A stretch of 63,613 nt of DNA, filler included, from Cystobasidiomycetes sp. EMM_F5 (GCA_051047955.1; 38 parts of 38 records of this genome joined end to end with filler, not necessarily neighbours in it); one strand, 5' to 3'; shown: positions 25,995-38,987, counted from the first letter of the whole stretch. Numbers and translations are program-made. Notes: generated by a model from the sequence alone, not told the origin.

Positions 25995-27620
25995 TGGTCG
26001 AGTTGGCGCAAGGAAGCCGCCTTTGTTACCCTATGTTATGCCACTACTCTTGCGGGTGTTATCGGTCCCGCTGTAGCACCAGCTTTCGTAGCTCTCACGT
26101 CAAAGTTGAACCAGCCCCTGGCCAAGATTGCTTGGATCAACGGTAAGCCAGATATACATCAAGAGCATGGGGAATAATTGCTCAGTCGATACGATACAAT
26201 CCCGCTCATTGACATACTTCCGCACTCCAGTCTCGCTCGTGTTGACCATTGGCTTTGGCTCCTGGATTTTTGGAGCGATAGCGGCAAAGTACGGCCAGCG
26301 CCCGGCACTTTTGTTGGCCTTGTTTGCATCGACGGTGTCGTGTGTGTGGGCTGCGGCATCGCCTGACGACAATTACACTTCTATCGTGGCCGCACGAGCG
26401 CTGCAGGGTTTGGGTATGGGTGCAGTAAGTGTCTCCGCGCAAATCCTGATCCTGTCGAGATTCGTGCCTCCCTGCTTATTTGTTCTCCGAAGCTGTTCAA
26501 CAATGTACCAGGCTGCATTCAAGACATCTTCTTTGTGCATCAAAGAGGTTTCAGAGTTGCCATGTGGAATTTGTGTCTAATTGGTGCGCTACATTCACAT
26601 CTGGAAGACTGGCAAGACCCGCAAGCTGATTGTATCACGTTCTCCTCAGGCGGAATCAATCTGGGCCCCGTTATCTCCGCGCAGGTCTTTGATGCTCAAG
26701 GCTGGCACTGGGTTTTCTGGTCAGTTCCCGCTCACGAAGCTGCATACCCGATGCGTGGACTGATAGAATATTCCCAGGTATATGGCTATATCAGAAGGGA
26801 TTGCACTCGTGACGGCTTTCCTCTTTGTTCCCGAGACCGTGTATCTCCGCGATACACAACACAGAGCCACAACTCCCATAGTCGGTGAAGATAAGCTCGA
26901 CAAAGATGTCGGCAGCGACTTGCTCTGTGTTTCAGCAATGCCTGTCTCGCAACTGGAGCGCAACAGTCCGAAGACTCAGTCTGCGAATGTGGGCCTGAGA
27001 GTCTTCTCCGGATCGAAGTCTTCCAAGAATTTGGTGCAAATCCTGGCTCGACCTTTCTTTCACTTGGCATCGCCTGCCGTGATCCTGGGCATCATTGTTT
27101 TCAGCGTGTCTTTCAACTGGTTGCCACTTGTAGCTACGGTATATGGTGAGTAGAGCACCCAGACTTTGTCCCGCTGCAGTCGGGGTTTTGCTTGACTGAC
27201 TTGGCCAACAGCGCAAATTTTCAGCGCTCCGCCGTACAATTTCAGCGTATCGTCAATTGGACTGATGGGAGGACTGCCTCCGTTCGTTGGCACGCTGATG
27301 GGCACTTTCGCATCCGGCCCATTTTCCGACTGGTTCGTCAAGGTTTGCGCCAAGCGAAACAAAGGCGTTTTCGAGCCGGAATTCCGCCTCATATTGCTGG
27401 CTCCATTCGCCCTCTTCGTAGCGATTGGGTCTTTCGGTTGGGCGTACAGTACTGATCCCAGTTGGCCGGTGATTGCAGTGGTGAGAGAACTATCGTAGGG
27501 AAGGATTACTCTCGGCTTTACTGATAGGATGCGTCAACAGTACATCGCCATAATTCATATCGGTATTAGCGCCGGTACGATCGGAATCATTGGTTACGTG
27601 AGCGAAGTCTCTGGAGATCA
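25995..27620 (+). CDS. MFS transporter, DHA1/Hol1-like, internal fragment, spliced
   Basis: WSSWRK, KYGQRP, ARALQGLG, DIFFVHQRG, GWHWVFW, FVPET, RNKGVFEPEFRL. Confidence 0.88.
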
Positions 27621-27720
27621 NNNNNNNNNNNNNNNNNNNNNNNNNNNNNNNNNNNNNNNNNNNNTTAATTAATTAANNNNNNNNNNNNNNNNNNNNNNNN
27701 NNNNNNNNNNNNNNNNNNNN

Positions 27721-29300
27721 GATCTTAGCAGCATTCACTGTCTTGGACCTACCTATTAATGGAGTTCAAGCACTCTTAGGATCCAATGTGCTTAATCGAT
27801 ACGGTTTCAACCTATTCTCTTCCAGAGGACGTTGGTTGAAGATCGGGGATCACGCCAACCGCTATGCTTTGGGAACTTCTCAAGTTTCGACCGACAATCC
27901 TTTGCAAGTAATGGCTATAAGAGCCGGATCAGATCAAGAGTTCCTTGAAGCTCTAGCAAAAGCCGAAATTAGTACTAAGCTAAGTACTAAGCAGAATGCC
28001 GAACTACGAAGCGTACTACTAAGGTATAAAATGGCCTTTGCCTTCGGAAACAGACAGTTAGGAGAGTGCAAAATGCCTCCTTTGCACATAGAAGTCGAAT
28101 TTCCGGATCCTATCCCTGCTCGACTTCGTGCAGCCCCTTACCCCACTTCTCCTAAGACCAAGCAGGACGTCTCCGCAATCATCGACAACCTACTAGAACT
28201 AGGAGTTATACGACCTTCAAAGAGTGAATTTGCTTCACCCATCGTCATGGTTTATAAAGGAGACAAACCACGATTATGCGTGAATTACAAAGCATTAAAC
28301 GATTATACGAAGGCCTTCGTATATCCCCTACCAAGGATTCAAGAAACGTTGGCACTACTAAAGGACGCCAACTACTTCACTACACTGGATCTTAACAAAG
28401 GATTCCATCAGTGCTGGGTTCACGAAGATTCCGTCCAGTACACTGCATTTACTACGTACCGCGGATTGTACGAGTATGTACGAATGCCTTTCGGACTTCG
28501 AAACGCGCCCGCACACTTCCAGCATGCTATGAACACCGTACTGGGTCACTACATCAAAGAAGGATGGGTTATGGTTTATATTGACGACATCCTGATTTTT
28601 ACCAAAACCTACGAAGATCATCTAGAGGGTCTACACAAGATTTTGAAAGCTCTAGAGGATGCTGGATTCACGGTATCAATCCCAAAGTGCCACTTTGCTT
28701 GTTCTGACCTTATTGCTTTGGGCCGTCATGTTTCCGGGCTCTATTTAGCAATAGACGACAACAAACTGGCAGCAGTAAAAGACTGGCCGACTCCACGCAA
28801 TATAAAGACTCTACAAGCCTATCTAGGATTCATCAACTATCATCGAGCTCATATTAAAGATCTGGCTAGGATTCTCCGCCCAATGTCCGTACTACTAAGC
28901 AAGGACGTAGTCTGGGAATGGACCGAAGCATGTCAATCTGCCTTCGAAGAGTCTAAGAAAGCTTTATTAGACCCTGCCGTGCTGGCTATGCCTGATTGGA
29001 CACAGCCATTTCGGGTTTACATCGATGCCTGCTTCGAAGGACTAGGAGCCGAGCTTACCCAGACTCAGGACGGAGTAGAACGGCCAATCGCCTTCATATC
29101 TCGACGCCTAAGACCAACTGAGGAACGCTACGGAGCTACTCAATTGGAATGTTTAGGTCTCATATGGGCTTTGGAGAAACTATACTACTACTTAGATGGA
29201 TCAACCTTCGACGTTTATACCGATTGTCAAGCAATCAAGACCCTTATGTCAGTGAAGAACCCTAACCGACATATGCTAAGATGGCAGCTAGCTATCCAAG
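27721..29300 (+). mobile_element. Ty3/Gypsy family A pol: end of protease, reverse transcriptase and RNase H
   Basis: RLCVNY, YPLPRI, LDLNKGFHQ, MPFGLRNAP, YIDD, YIDAC, YTDCQA; last 55 nt identical to 4463-4517. Confidence 0.97.
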
Positions 29301-29400
29301 NNNNNNNNNNNNNNNNNNNNNNNNNNNNNNNNNNNNNNNNNNNNTTAATTAATTAANNNNNNNNNNNNNNNNNNNNNNNNNNNNNNNNNNNNNNNNNNNN

Positions 29401-30929
29401 CACTCAGAACGTCTGGTATCCTATGTCTGGCTGACGATATCCATGGCCTCCATAGCACCAATCCGCCTCGCTTGCGGTCTTGGCCAGGCAACAGAATGTC
29501 CGTTTTTCGCGGACATATATGTGCCATCGTCCGTTCGTCTTGGAGATACTGTCACGCCAGGTCTTCCTGTCAAGGTTTTCATTCATGGTGGGTTTCTGCA
29601 ATTCGGATCAACCTCTGGTCAACATTACACACAACAAGGTCTGTCATACATGATCGGTTCCCAGAGAGCCCTTTCACATCGGTCTTACATTGTCTTGTCT
29701 CAGGATATTGTGCTGAGGTGCGGCGAGAGATTCGAGTTCTTCTCGGACATCGGTACGCGACCCGGGATCGTGCCGTGTACGAAGACTGACTCGTGCATTG
29801 ACAGTGTGTCCGTTCTTGGCTTTCTGGCGGCTAGCGACCCAGTGATACACGGAAACTACGGCTACAAGGACTGCTGGCTCGGCTTGCATTGGGTCAAAGG
29901 TAACTGCTCGCCGCCTCGTTTGACGGGAAGCTTTAAGGCGCTTACAGGATGTGCGCTCGGTGAGCAGAGAATATTGGGGCGTTTGGCGGAGATCGAAACA
30001 ACATACACCTCAGCGGGCTCAGCGGAGGTGCGCGAATTGTGGCTGAGCTGCTGCATCGGGCTGCACGGTCGGCGCCGCAACAGGTATGGTACACTGTCTG
30101 TCATCTGTGGCAAGTCTTCCCTACAGCTGTATTCTGCCCTAGGCTCCTTTCACTACCGCAACTCTACACTCAAATGCCATATTGGCAAACCACCACGACA
30201 CCCGCATCGCTCAGGTACAATTCGATGCGCTATGCAAAGCTCTGGGCATTGAAGAAAGTGGAGCGGTAGCTCTCGAGCGCCTCCGAGCAGTTTCGCTGTC
30301 CGAACTCATGGCGACCGTGAATACTCTCGGCCTTCTGGCCACCTTCCGAGGCGTGAATAGTCCCGATGGCTTCGTTTCCGAGATCATTGATTTTCAAGAG
30401 AGCGCAGCTTTCGCATCAGGCTTGCGAAGTGCAGGCGTACGGAGCGTGGTCGTCGGGGAGGTGCTTCACGAAAGTTCTTTCTACAGCATTGTGCACGAGG
30501 TATCTGTGCCTGAGGCCATATCGGACAACTTGTGTCGCTACTATCCTGCAGCTGCCGCAAAGGCGCTAGCTTCGTCCTACGGAGATGCTTGCCAGACGGC
30601 CCAGGACGCCGGGCAATGCAAACAGTTGCTCGGAAGGGTGAGCAAAAACGGCGCTAGCTTCAGACGCAGAGCAAAGGTGATGACGCCAGATGATTGTAGA
30701 TGCTGGCAGACGGGCAGGTGCATATTCCCGTGCGTCTTCTGGCCCGGGACCTCCTAAAGCAAGGCTTTCCCTGCATTCGATATCAAGTCCGGTATCTGAT
30801 CGAACGCCAGCGGCTCATGTCAGGTGAGTGCTGATGTTCCATCGTTTTCATTTCATGTTGCTTTCCAAATCGCCTTTTGCTAATCATCTGACAGACAAGG
30901 TTTCACATGGCGCCGACGTCCCTTTGTTC
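29401..30929 (+). CDS. Type-B carboxylesterase (alpha/beta hydrolase), internal fragment, spliced
   Basis: VKVFIHGGFLQFG, GNYGYKD, ENIGAFGGD, GLSGG nucleophile elbow, SHGAD near the end. Confidence 0.88.
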
Positions 30930-31029
30930 NNNNNNNNNNNNNNNNNNNNNNNNNNNNNNNNNNNNNNNNNNNNTTAATTAATTAANNNNNNNNNNNNNNN
31001 NNNNNNNNNNNNNNNNNNNNNNNNNNNNN

Positions 31030-32557
31030 GCGATCTAGAGGCGTGGTACCGTGCTCGCTCACTTTGGAACGACAAAGAAATGCTCAACAGGCGACATGGA
31101 ATCGTCTGTGGTGTCTCTTGCAGGACTGATCTCGTAGCGTCGTATCAAGTGACCAAGCACACAGCGCATCTCGTCCCACGCTAGACTGTGGAGATACGGC
31201 AAGTCAGCCGATATAGCTGTGCAGTAGTGCGCGGCGAAAACCGACTTCATTCCTGGACAATTGCGAGGGCCCATACTGAAGGGCACAAATGCCGCCCGCA
31301 TCTCCGCTGTCTCTTCCAACCACCTGCGAGGATCAAACTTGTCAGGATCGGGGAATATCGACGAATTCCTATGGATCGTGTAGGCGGTTGATGTGATTTC
31401 GGTGCCCTCCGGGAGATGCATGCCGCATATAACGGCGCCGCCGGCCGGCACGATACGCTCTAGCGGGCCAGGGAGAGTCGGCCATCGGCGAAGAGTTTCC
31501 TTGAGGAACGCGTTGAACAATGGCAAGTCTTTAAGATCGTTACACGAAAGCGGAGAGGTCGGCATCGGCGCGATACCGTGAAGTTCTTTCCTGATATCAT
31601 CTTGAAGTTGTCGGTTCTTTGCAAGTTCGTAACTGACATCGGGGGACGAAATGTTAGTCAGGCAATCATACGCAAAAAGTCAAGACCTACGAGCCGTAGG
31701 TCATTGCAGTCGAAGTGGTATCGCTCCCTGCGATAAGTACGGCGCCCGCCTATATACGGATCTCAGTGGCCAGTCGAGATGAGGGAATCCGGCATATGCG
31801 CTGCTATATACCTCAGTAATGACATGGTCCTGTGTAATCTTGGCATCATTCTTGCTGGCTTTGTGCAGCGAGCGTAGAAGCTGTGAGCGAAGCAATGCGG
31901 CCGTTAATACCCGAGGTAAATCATCACAGCAGACAGACTCTGTGACACACATTAGGTTGAAGGTCGTGATCTTCGACATCCAAGTCACCTCGATCGTGCA
32001 TCGTAGAGAGAATCTTGCCGCCATAGTCGATAAACTCGCGCTCTGCATCACGGAGCTTGGTAAAAGCAGGGATGATCCTTCTCGCCTGCAGCCATTCAGT
32101 GAAGGGAACAAAGTCTTTGCAGACGACTGCGGAGGATCATGCAAAGCACTCAGTGACCGACAGAATGGGCGCTCGCCGATGGTGTGACTTACAGGAGAAG
32201 AAGACGTCTGCCATTAACTCGACTAGTCGATTGACTTTACCTGTTTGAACCATCTTCATATCTTCACCGTAAGCCAGCATGCCTGTCGTAGCCGTATCAG
32301 CCTGTCGCTATTCTCTACGGGCTTCGCATTGCCACAGACCGATGATGTCGAAAGCCACCAGTCGGAACCAGCGAAACACATCGGCATGACCCTGCTGGTG
32401 CTGCTCCCTGTCGAGTTGGTCCAAGACTTGCTCTGTGTAGTGGTGGAGAGAACCCTCGAACGCTCGCAGATTATCTTTCTGAAACAGCGGTAAGATGATG
32501 CTACGGCGCGCTTTGGCCGCCTTGGCGTCGAGGAGGACTAGAGCATGATCTACTCCG
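31030..32557 (-). CDS. Cytochrome P450, internal/C-terminal fragment, spliced
   Basis: GSDTT I-helix, KETLRR (ExxR), FDPRRW (PERF), FSMGPRNCPG heme motif. Confidence 0.95.
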
Positions 32558-32657
32558 NNNNNNNNNNNNNNNNNNNNNNNNNNNNNNNNNNNNNNNNNNN
32601 NTTAATTAATTAANNNNNNNNNNNNNNNNNNNNNNNNNNNNNNNNNNNNNNNNNNNN

Positions 32658-34021
32658 AGCACAGCTCTTGCGTGAAGTGAAACGCTGCTCATCTTGCTGA
32701 TCTTCACAGGTCTGGGGACCATCGAGGAGAAGGGTACATTCGCTGTCGTGAAGGGCACGGCGTACACCCTGCGTGTGGACTACACCAACAGCGAGTTCGC
32801 ATCGAGTGCACACCACCTCGCGTCTCCTCCTGCGTCACCGACAATGGCAGAGGAAGCGGTACAGGATGAAGTAAAGAAAGGCGGTCAGCCACCGCTAATG
32901 ATGGCAGCCGTCAGGCTGGGCGGAGCTGCGGTCATAGATGAGGAATCTGGACTGGAGGACGCAGTCAAGCTGTCATCAGAGTGTGACGCGACAATTGTCG
33001 TCATAGGCACAAGCATGGATTGGGAGGCAGAGGCCGCAGATCGAGCGAGCCTCGAATTACCAGGGGAGACAGACGAGCTCGTGCGTCGGATCCTTGCTGT
33101 GTCGCCAGACGCCATAATTGTCAATCAATCTGTGGGTTCCTTCGCTCGCCTTGTCACAGCCGACGGAACGTCCGTGCAGTTTTTGACCTCCCGCTTTGCT
33201 TCTGCAGGGATCAGTGGTGACGTTTCCGTGGATAAGTGCAGCGAAGGCCGTATTACAGTGCTGGTTTGCAGGCAACCAGTGTGGAAATGCCATGGCAGAT
33301 GTAATTTTTGGCCGCACGAATCCTGCTGGTCGCTTGCCACTGTCATTTTACGAGAAAGTGGAGGATTGCTCAGCACATCTCAACTGGGGGGCAGATGCAG
33401 GCAAAGTCATCTATGGAGAGGGTATTTTCGTAAGGCAGGCTAGATGGGTACACTCGGCGACAGACGCTTACGAGGATGTTTCATTCACAAGGTTGGCTAC
33501 CGAGGTCTTGAAGAGACAGCGCGAGCGGCCACTTTCCCCTTCGGACACGGCCTTGGCTACACGACCTTTGGTAAGCCTGCTAAGCTGTCTCCGTAGCCAG
33601 AGTAATGACACCGCTTGCTGACGTCTGTCGGCTTGCAGCTTGGACGGACGTTTCTATCGATGTTCAGCCCTATACCGATGTCGATGGTCTCCGTCACACT
33701 GTCAGACTGACAGTCAGCAACAGTGGAGCAGTTGCCGGGCGCGATGTCGTACAGATCTACGTCTCTGATCCTGTATGCTCCCTTCGACGACCACGCAAGG
33801 AGTTGAAGGGCTTTGCAAAGACAAATCTGTTGCACCCTGGACAGGCAGAGAACGTTACGATAGATCTGGACAAGCTAGCCTTCTCGTTCTACGACGACCA
33901 GCTTGGCAGGTGGGTCATCGAGAAGGGCGACTTCACCATTCTGGTCGCACGCAGCAGTACAAACATTGTCACACGAGTAGGAGTCAGGTTTGCGAAGACT
34001 CTGACGTGGACAGGGTTGTAG
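32658..34021 (+). CDS. GH3 beta-glucosidase C-terminal part (GH3_C + Fn3-like), spliced
   Basis: EAEAADR, NPAGRLPLSF, YGEGIFVGYR, FPFGHGLGYTTF, VVQIYV, KELKGF. Confidence 0.93.
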
Positions 34022-34441
34022 ACGTAGACGTGGACGTAGACGGCAGTAATGCTTTCCACTGCCCTTTTCGAGAATGTCCGTGAAGGCTTCGCTAGTCGGC
34101 TCTGACGAGCGGTTGAGAGCTTGTTTGCAATGAGGTATACAGCGATGTAAGCCGTCCTGGCGCATGAACATCAGCAANNNNNNNNNNNNNNNNNNNNNNN
34201 NNNNNNNNNNNNNNNNNNNNNTTAATTAATTAANNNNNNNNNNNNNNNNNNNNNNNNNNNNNNNNNNNNNNNNNNNNACATTTGCCACCGAGCGTCACCG
34301 CCCGTGACGGTCGCCACCTACCTACCTCGAAGGTAAGTTGAACCTGCGAGTCTGCCTAACCCTGGTCGTCTTGTATAGCCCGACAGTTAGAACAGAACTC
34401 CCACTTCGTTCGTTCAACTTCGCCTTCGCCGTCTGTCGATC

Positions 34442-35527
34442 ATGTCCGACCCCCAGCGACCCGACCTCGCAACTCTGCTCTATCAGCGTCTGGAACAACA
34501 GCAAGTCCAGCTGGACTCCATGACGGCTGCATTCACTACCCTTCTCCAACGCCAAGCTCTTGCTGCCGAGACTCAGGCAGCATCTCCACTCGCATCTACT
34601 GCTGCTCGTTCTCAGGTCGGCACCTTGGCACGTGTCATCGAACGTCCACCCACATATGATGGCAAGGATCGTGCTGCCTGTTCAACGTTCATCAATCAGA
34701 TCAAGCAGTACTTCCGTACCAACCCGACACTGTTCGCTTCCGATAGCGAGAAGATAGACTTCACAGTGAGCTATCTCCGCGGTAAAGCCTTCAAGTTCGT
34801 CGAACCTCACCTCGAGAGGCGCGAAGCGGATCTCTTTGGTTCCTTCGCAACCTTCTGCGACAAACTCATCACCAACCTGGGTGATCCTGATCTGGAACGG
34901 TCTTCTGAGAAGTCTCTTCGCAACCTCACACAGACCGGTTCCGCATCTGCCTACTCCACGGAGTTTTTCCGACTTGCAGGTTTCGTCAAGTGGAATGACG
35001 AAGCCCTGCAGTCCCAGTTTCGCGTCGGCCTGAAGCCTGATGTTAAGCGTGCTCTCATCTATAGCGCCGCTAATGCAAGCAGTGCAAAGGACCTATCCGA
35101 CTTAGCCATCCGTCTGGACAACGGACTCTACGAGGTTGATCACGAACGTCCCAGAACGCGTTCCGATGGTCAACGCTCCGATAATCGAAACGAAAGTCGT
35201 CGATCAGCGACTCAGAACGCGAACGCAACGCGCTCTCAGACTACCACTACTACCACCCGTACTGCATCTTCTTCAGGAGACGGTATGGACCTCGACTCAG
35301 CCAAATCAGGTCGTAAATTCCAGCCCCTTACCCCTCAACAGAAGAAGTATCGTATGGACAATGGTCTCTGTCTCTACTGCGGAAAGCCAGGACATGTTCT
35401 CAATGACTGCCCTGTTCGTGCTGAGAATGACAAACGAAAACGTCAACTTCGTGTTACTTTCGCTCAGCCCAACGACACCAATGTTGTCTCCGCACCCACT
35501 CCTCTGACTCCCAGCTCGGAAAATTAG
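34442..35527 (+). mobile_element. Ty3/Gypsy family C gag (complete, 361 aa)
   Basis: PPTYDG, SYLRGKA, QTGSASAYSTEF, GMDLD, zinc knuckle CLYCGKPGHVLNDC. Confidence 0.93.
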
Positions 35528-35756
35528 CTGGTTCGGCGTCGTCTGCGCGCCCTTCTCCGAACCCTCTGCCACGGCGCCTGTCTACCATCTACTCAGTCGC
35601 CAGTCACGCCGCGATCTCCGTATCGCCGATCCCGTCTGACTCCTTCGTCATATCTGTCGTGCTTATCCAGCGCCTTTCTGACTCCAGCTCTGTCAAAGTG
35701 TCCGCTACTGCTCTGATCGACAGTGGTGCGACCTCCAACTTCATTGATTCGGCCTT
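35518..35756 (+). mobile_element. Family C pol start in the -1 frame (aspartic protease)
   Basis: Open -1 frame from GGAAAAT leading to ALIDSGATSNFID. Confidence 0.85.
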
Positions 35757-35856
35757 NNNNNNNNNNNNNNNNNNNNNNNNNNNNNNNNNNNNNNNNNNNN
35801 TTAATTAATTAANNNNNNNNNNNNNNNNNNNNNNNNNNNNNNNNNNNNNNNNNNNN

Positions 35857-36238
35857 GCAGGCAGAGGCAGGCCGACTGTCTTGGCACAGGCGGATCATCA
35901 ACACAAACACTGGAGCTGTCGCGCTGTTTGACGACGTGCACACTCCAGGCTGGATAATACTCTCTTATAATCAGCCGTCATCGACCGCGACCGTTCTCGA
36001 CGACCAGTCGCGATCGTTCTTTCTGAATGAATTAAGCGGGAAATGCGTGAACATATCCCCGTCTGAGGATGTCGATGGTGAAGATGGAGGCTACGCAGAA
36101 TGGTTCAAGAATTACATGAATCTTGACGATGTTGTGCTTATCCGGCCCGACTTTTACGTCTTTGGACATTGCCGGGTAGCACAAGCGAATACTTTAGTGC
36201 AACAGCTCCAAGCCAAAATCAAGCAAGGTATCGAATGA
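35857..36238 (+). CDS. FAD-dependent aromatic hydroxylase (MhpA/PheA-like) C-terminal domain
   Basis: LFDDV..GW, YAEWF, VVLIRPDFYVFG. Confidence 0.75.
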
Positions 36239-37577
36239 TGTGCTTACAGACACTGTCCCTACCGACTCGACGCTGACAGGCTCCACCGCATGGCGCGATC
36301 CATCCCGTACCGAACTGTGATTCGCAGGCCGTACCTACGCGAAAAGGGTATAAGCTCTCGCATTAGCTGTAATATGTTTCTGCGCTACTTGTGCTCAATA
36401 TGGCTGAGCTGGGTAGAAGTCGTTCGTTTCGATTAGCGGTAGTGGAACAGTAGTACAATGTGATTAAAGCGGTCCTAGCTGCCACCAGTCAGACGCCCAA
36501 GTGCTGAGCCTACTTGTTGTCTAATTGATGCAGGAATGGGCAGAAATGTTTGCTGAGGTCGTCTCAAGCACCGATATCCTGTATATACACGTGTCAAGAT
36601 CCCAACAAAATCAATCAACTACGAAGCTGGGACCTTTCGTCATCCAAGCGCAAACGATTGAAAATTCAGCTGTCCGAGCGAGGTGCTTGTCTACTGAACT
36701 CTGCTGACAGCGTTTGTGCGCAAGTGTCGGCGCGCTTCGAAAGAGCGTCAGGGTTTGTGTTCTTATATTGACTGCGTTGGCGTTTGCAGGACGACCGGAC
36801 CTTCGCGGGATACTAGCCATAGTCATGTGGAGTAGGTCATAAAGTATACGCAGCTTTGGCGACAGGCGAATCCAGCAATCGTACAGCGACTGGTACCGTG
36901 CCATATGAAATTTCTGTCCAATGAGCGTTGCCGGTGCTTCTTGGCGTGGCGTGAAGATTTGATATGGTGCTGTATTGCACGTCCTGTGCATATCAGTAGG
37001 GATATAACATTGCAAAATGAGCTATAGCCAGTCTAAATCCCGACCGAGTTCCTTTGCCAACGGGAAAGTAAGGCCAAGCTGACGAAGTTGACCAACCCCT
37101 CGTAGGAATTCATGTCGAATGCGAATCGGAATGCCATGGCGTTGGATAATCCCATCGTTCTTTACAAAGTGACCTACGGAGTCGTTCGGCGATTGAGGAC
37201 GGCATTCTGCGAGCAGAGATGGAGCGCATGCATCGGTACGCGACTGGGGAGTCACGATCAGACTCGACCTCGGTGTAGTTGACCACGACAATGTGGCGAG
37301 ATCTACTTTGGCGCTCGAGAGCACTGCATGTGGTNNNNNNNNNNNNNNNNNNNNNNNNNNNNNNNNNNNNNNNNNNNNTTAATTAATTAANNNNNNNNNN
37401 NNNNNNNNNNNNNNNNNNNNNNNNNNNNNNNNNNTTGATAAGGCAGCAATGGTCAATATTAAAGCGAACGAATCTTTATTTTGTGATGATCCTTTGTTTT
37501 TAGATTCTCTAAAATAGGACAAGACAATAATTAGGGATAAATGACCTTAGCAATAATATAATCAGGCCGTGTCAAAT

Positions 37578-37693
37578 AAAAGGATAGTTTAAGGATAAAA
37601 AGGGTATTTTCAAACTAAGAGTTTAGTTTAAGGATAAAAAGCCTTTTTTCAAAATAAGAGTTTAGTTTAAGGATCAAAAGGCTTTTTCAAAAT
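37578..37693 (+). pseudogene. Three tandem degenerate 5'-half copies of mitochondrial tRNA-Trp
   Basis: Units of 39, 39 and 38 nt starting at 37578, 37617 and 37656 align with the first 39 nt of trnW. Confidence 0.8.
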
Positions 37694-37764
37694 AAGAGTA
37701 TAGTTTAAAGGTAAAATCGCTATCTTCAAAATAGCTTATGTATGTTCGATTCATGCTGCTCTTG
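37694..37764 (+). tRNA. trnW: Mitochondrial tRNA-Trp(UCA)
   Basis: Acceptor AAGAGTA/TGCTCTT; anticodon arm GCTAT-CTTCAAA-ATAGC; T-loop TTCGATT. Confidence 0.9.
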
Positions 37765-38295
37765 ATCTTATTTTTTAGTTGTAACTGAGCAGACCTTTGT
37801 CTTGGGTCAACAACCTGATTAACATTAAGATTATTGTTTAAGCTTTATCTGATTAATCTACAGATTAATCACAAGTTATCAAGCGTATTCGCTTTAATAT
37901 TGACCCTTGCTGCCTTATCAAGCAGAGCTTGATAAGGCAGCAAGGGTCAATATTCTTGCGTGTGAATATTTTTTTTTTATAAATATTCAGAAGCTTGATA
38001 AGCAACAACACCAAAGGTTCACGTTCGCAGCGGAGCTGCGAATAACCTTAATATTTTTACTTAAAATTTTCAGATTAATCACAAACACCAAGCAACCGGA
38101 AAAAAAAAGTGTCGTTTACATGGCTTTATTCGTTAGCGCAACCAAAAACGGGGGATTGATTAGTATTTACGTTGTTTTCTTTATTTTTTTTTTATAAAAT
38201 AAAAAAAGGCGTCCGGAAATACTAGTAAATAACCGGATTGTTTTATGAGCATTAACTAACTGAAATAACCCCGCTACTATACCTGATGCAGGTAA

Positions 38296-38541
<246 letters not shown>

Positions 38542-38679
38542 TTTAAACCTTGAATCGAGTGATTATCTTTAGGTTAATCAGGTTAATTTTTTTATTTTTT
38601 ACTTTTTTTTAATAAAATAAAAAAAGGCGTCCGGAAATACGGCCGTTGAAGTTATTGCTGCTGATTAATCACAAGCAAT

Positions 38680-38737
38680 GGTCCTCCCCTGATTTTTAAG
38701 TAAAAATCAACAACAGTCGGGAGGAGGGGTAAGGACC
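38680..38737. repeat. Dispersed 58-bp mitochondrial hairpin element (GGTCC...GGACC)
   Basis: Near-exact reverse complement at 56336-56393; partial copy at 52553-52601. Confidence 0.85.
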
Positions 38738-38987
38738 AGATATCAACTATTCAGGTCAGAAAATAATAGCCCCCTTACTTATAATTAGGGTTTTTCTTGT
38801 TTGCAGCTTATGATTATCATCCGTGCGAACAATACGGTGAATTGAATTCACCAAATTCATCCCATTTTCAGGGCATTCGCAGTTGCANNNNNNNNNNNNN
38901 NNNNNNNNNNNNNNNNNNNNNNNNNNNNNNNTTAATTAATTAANNNNNNNNNNNNNNNNNNNNNNNNNNNNNNNNNNNNNNNNNNNN

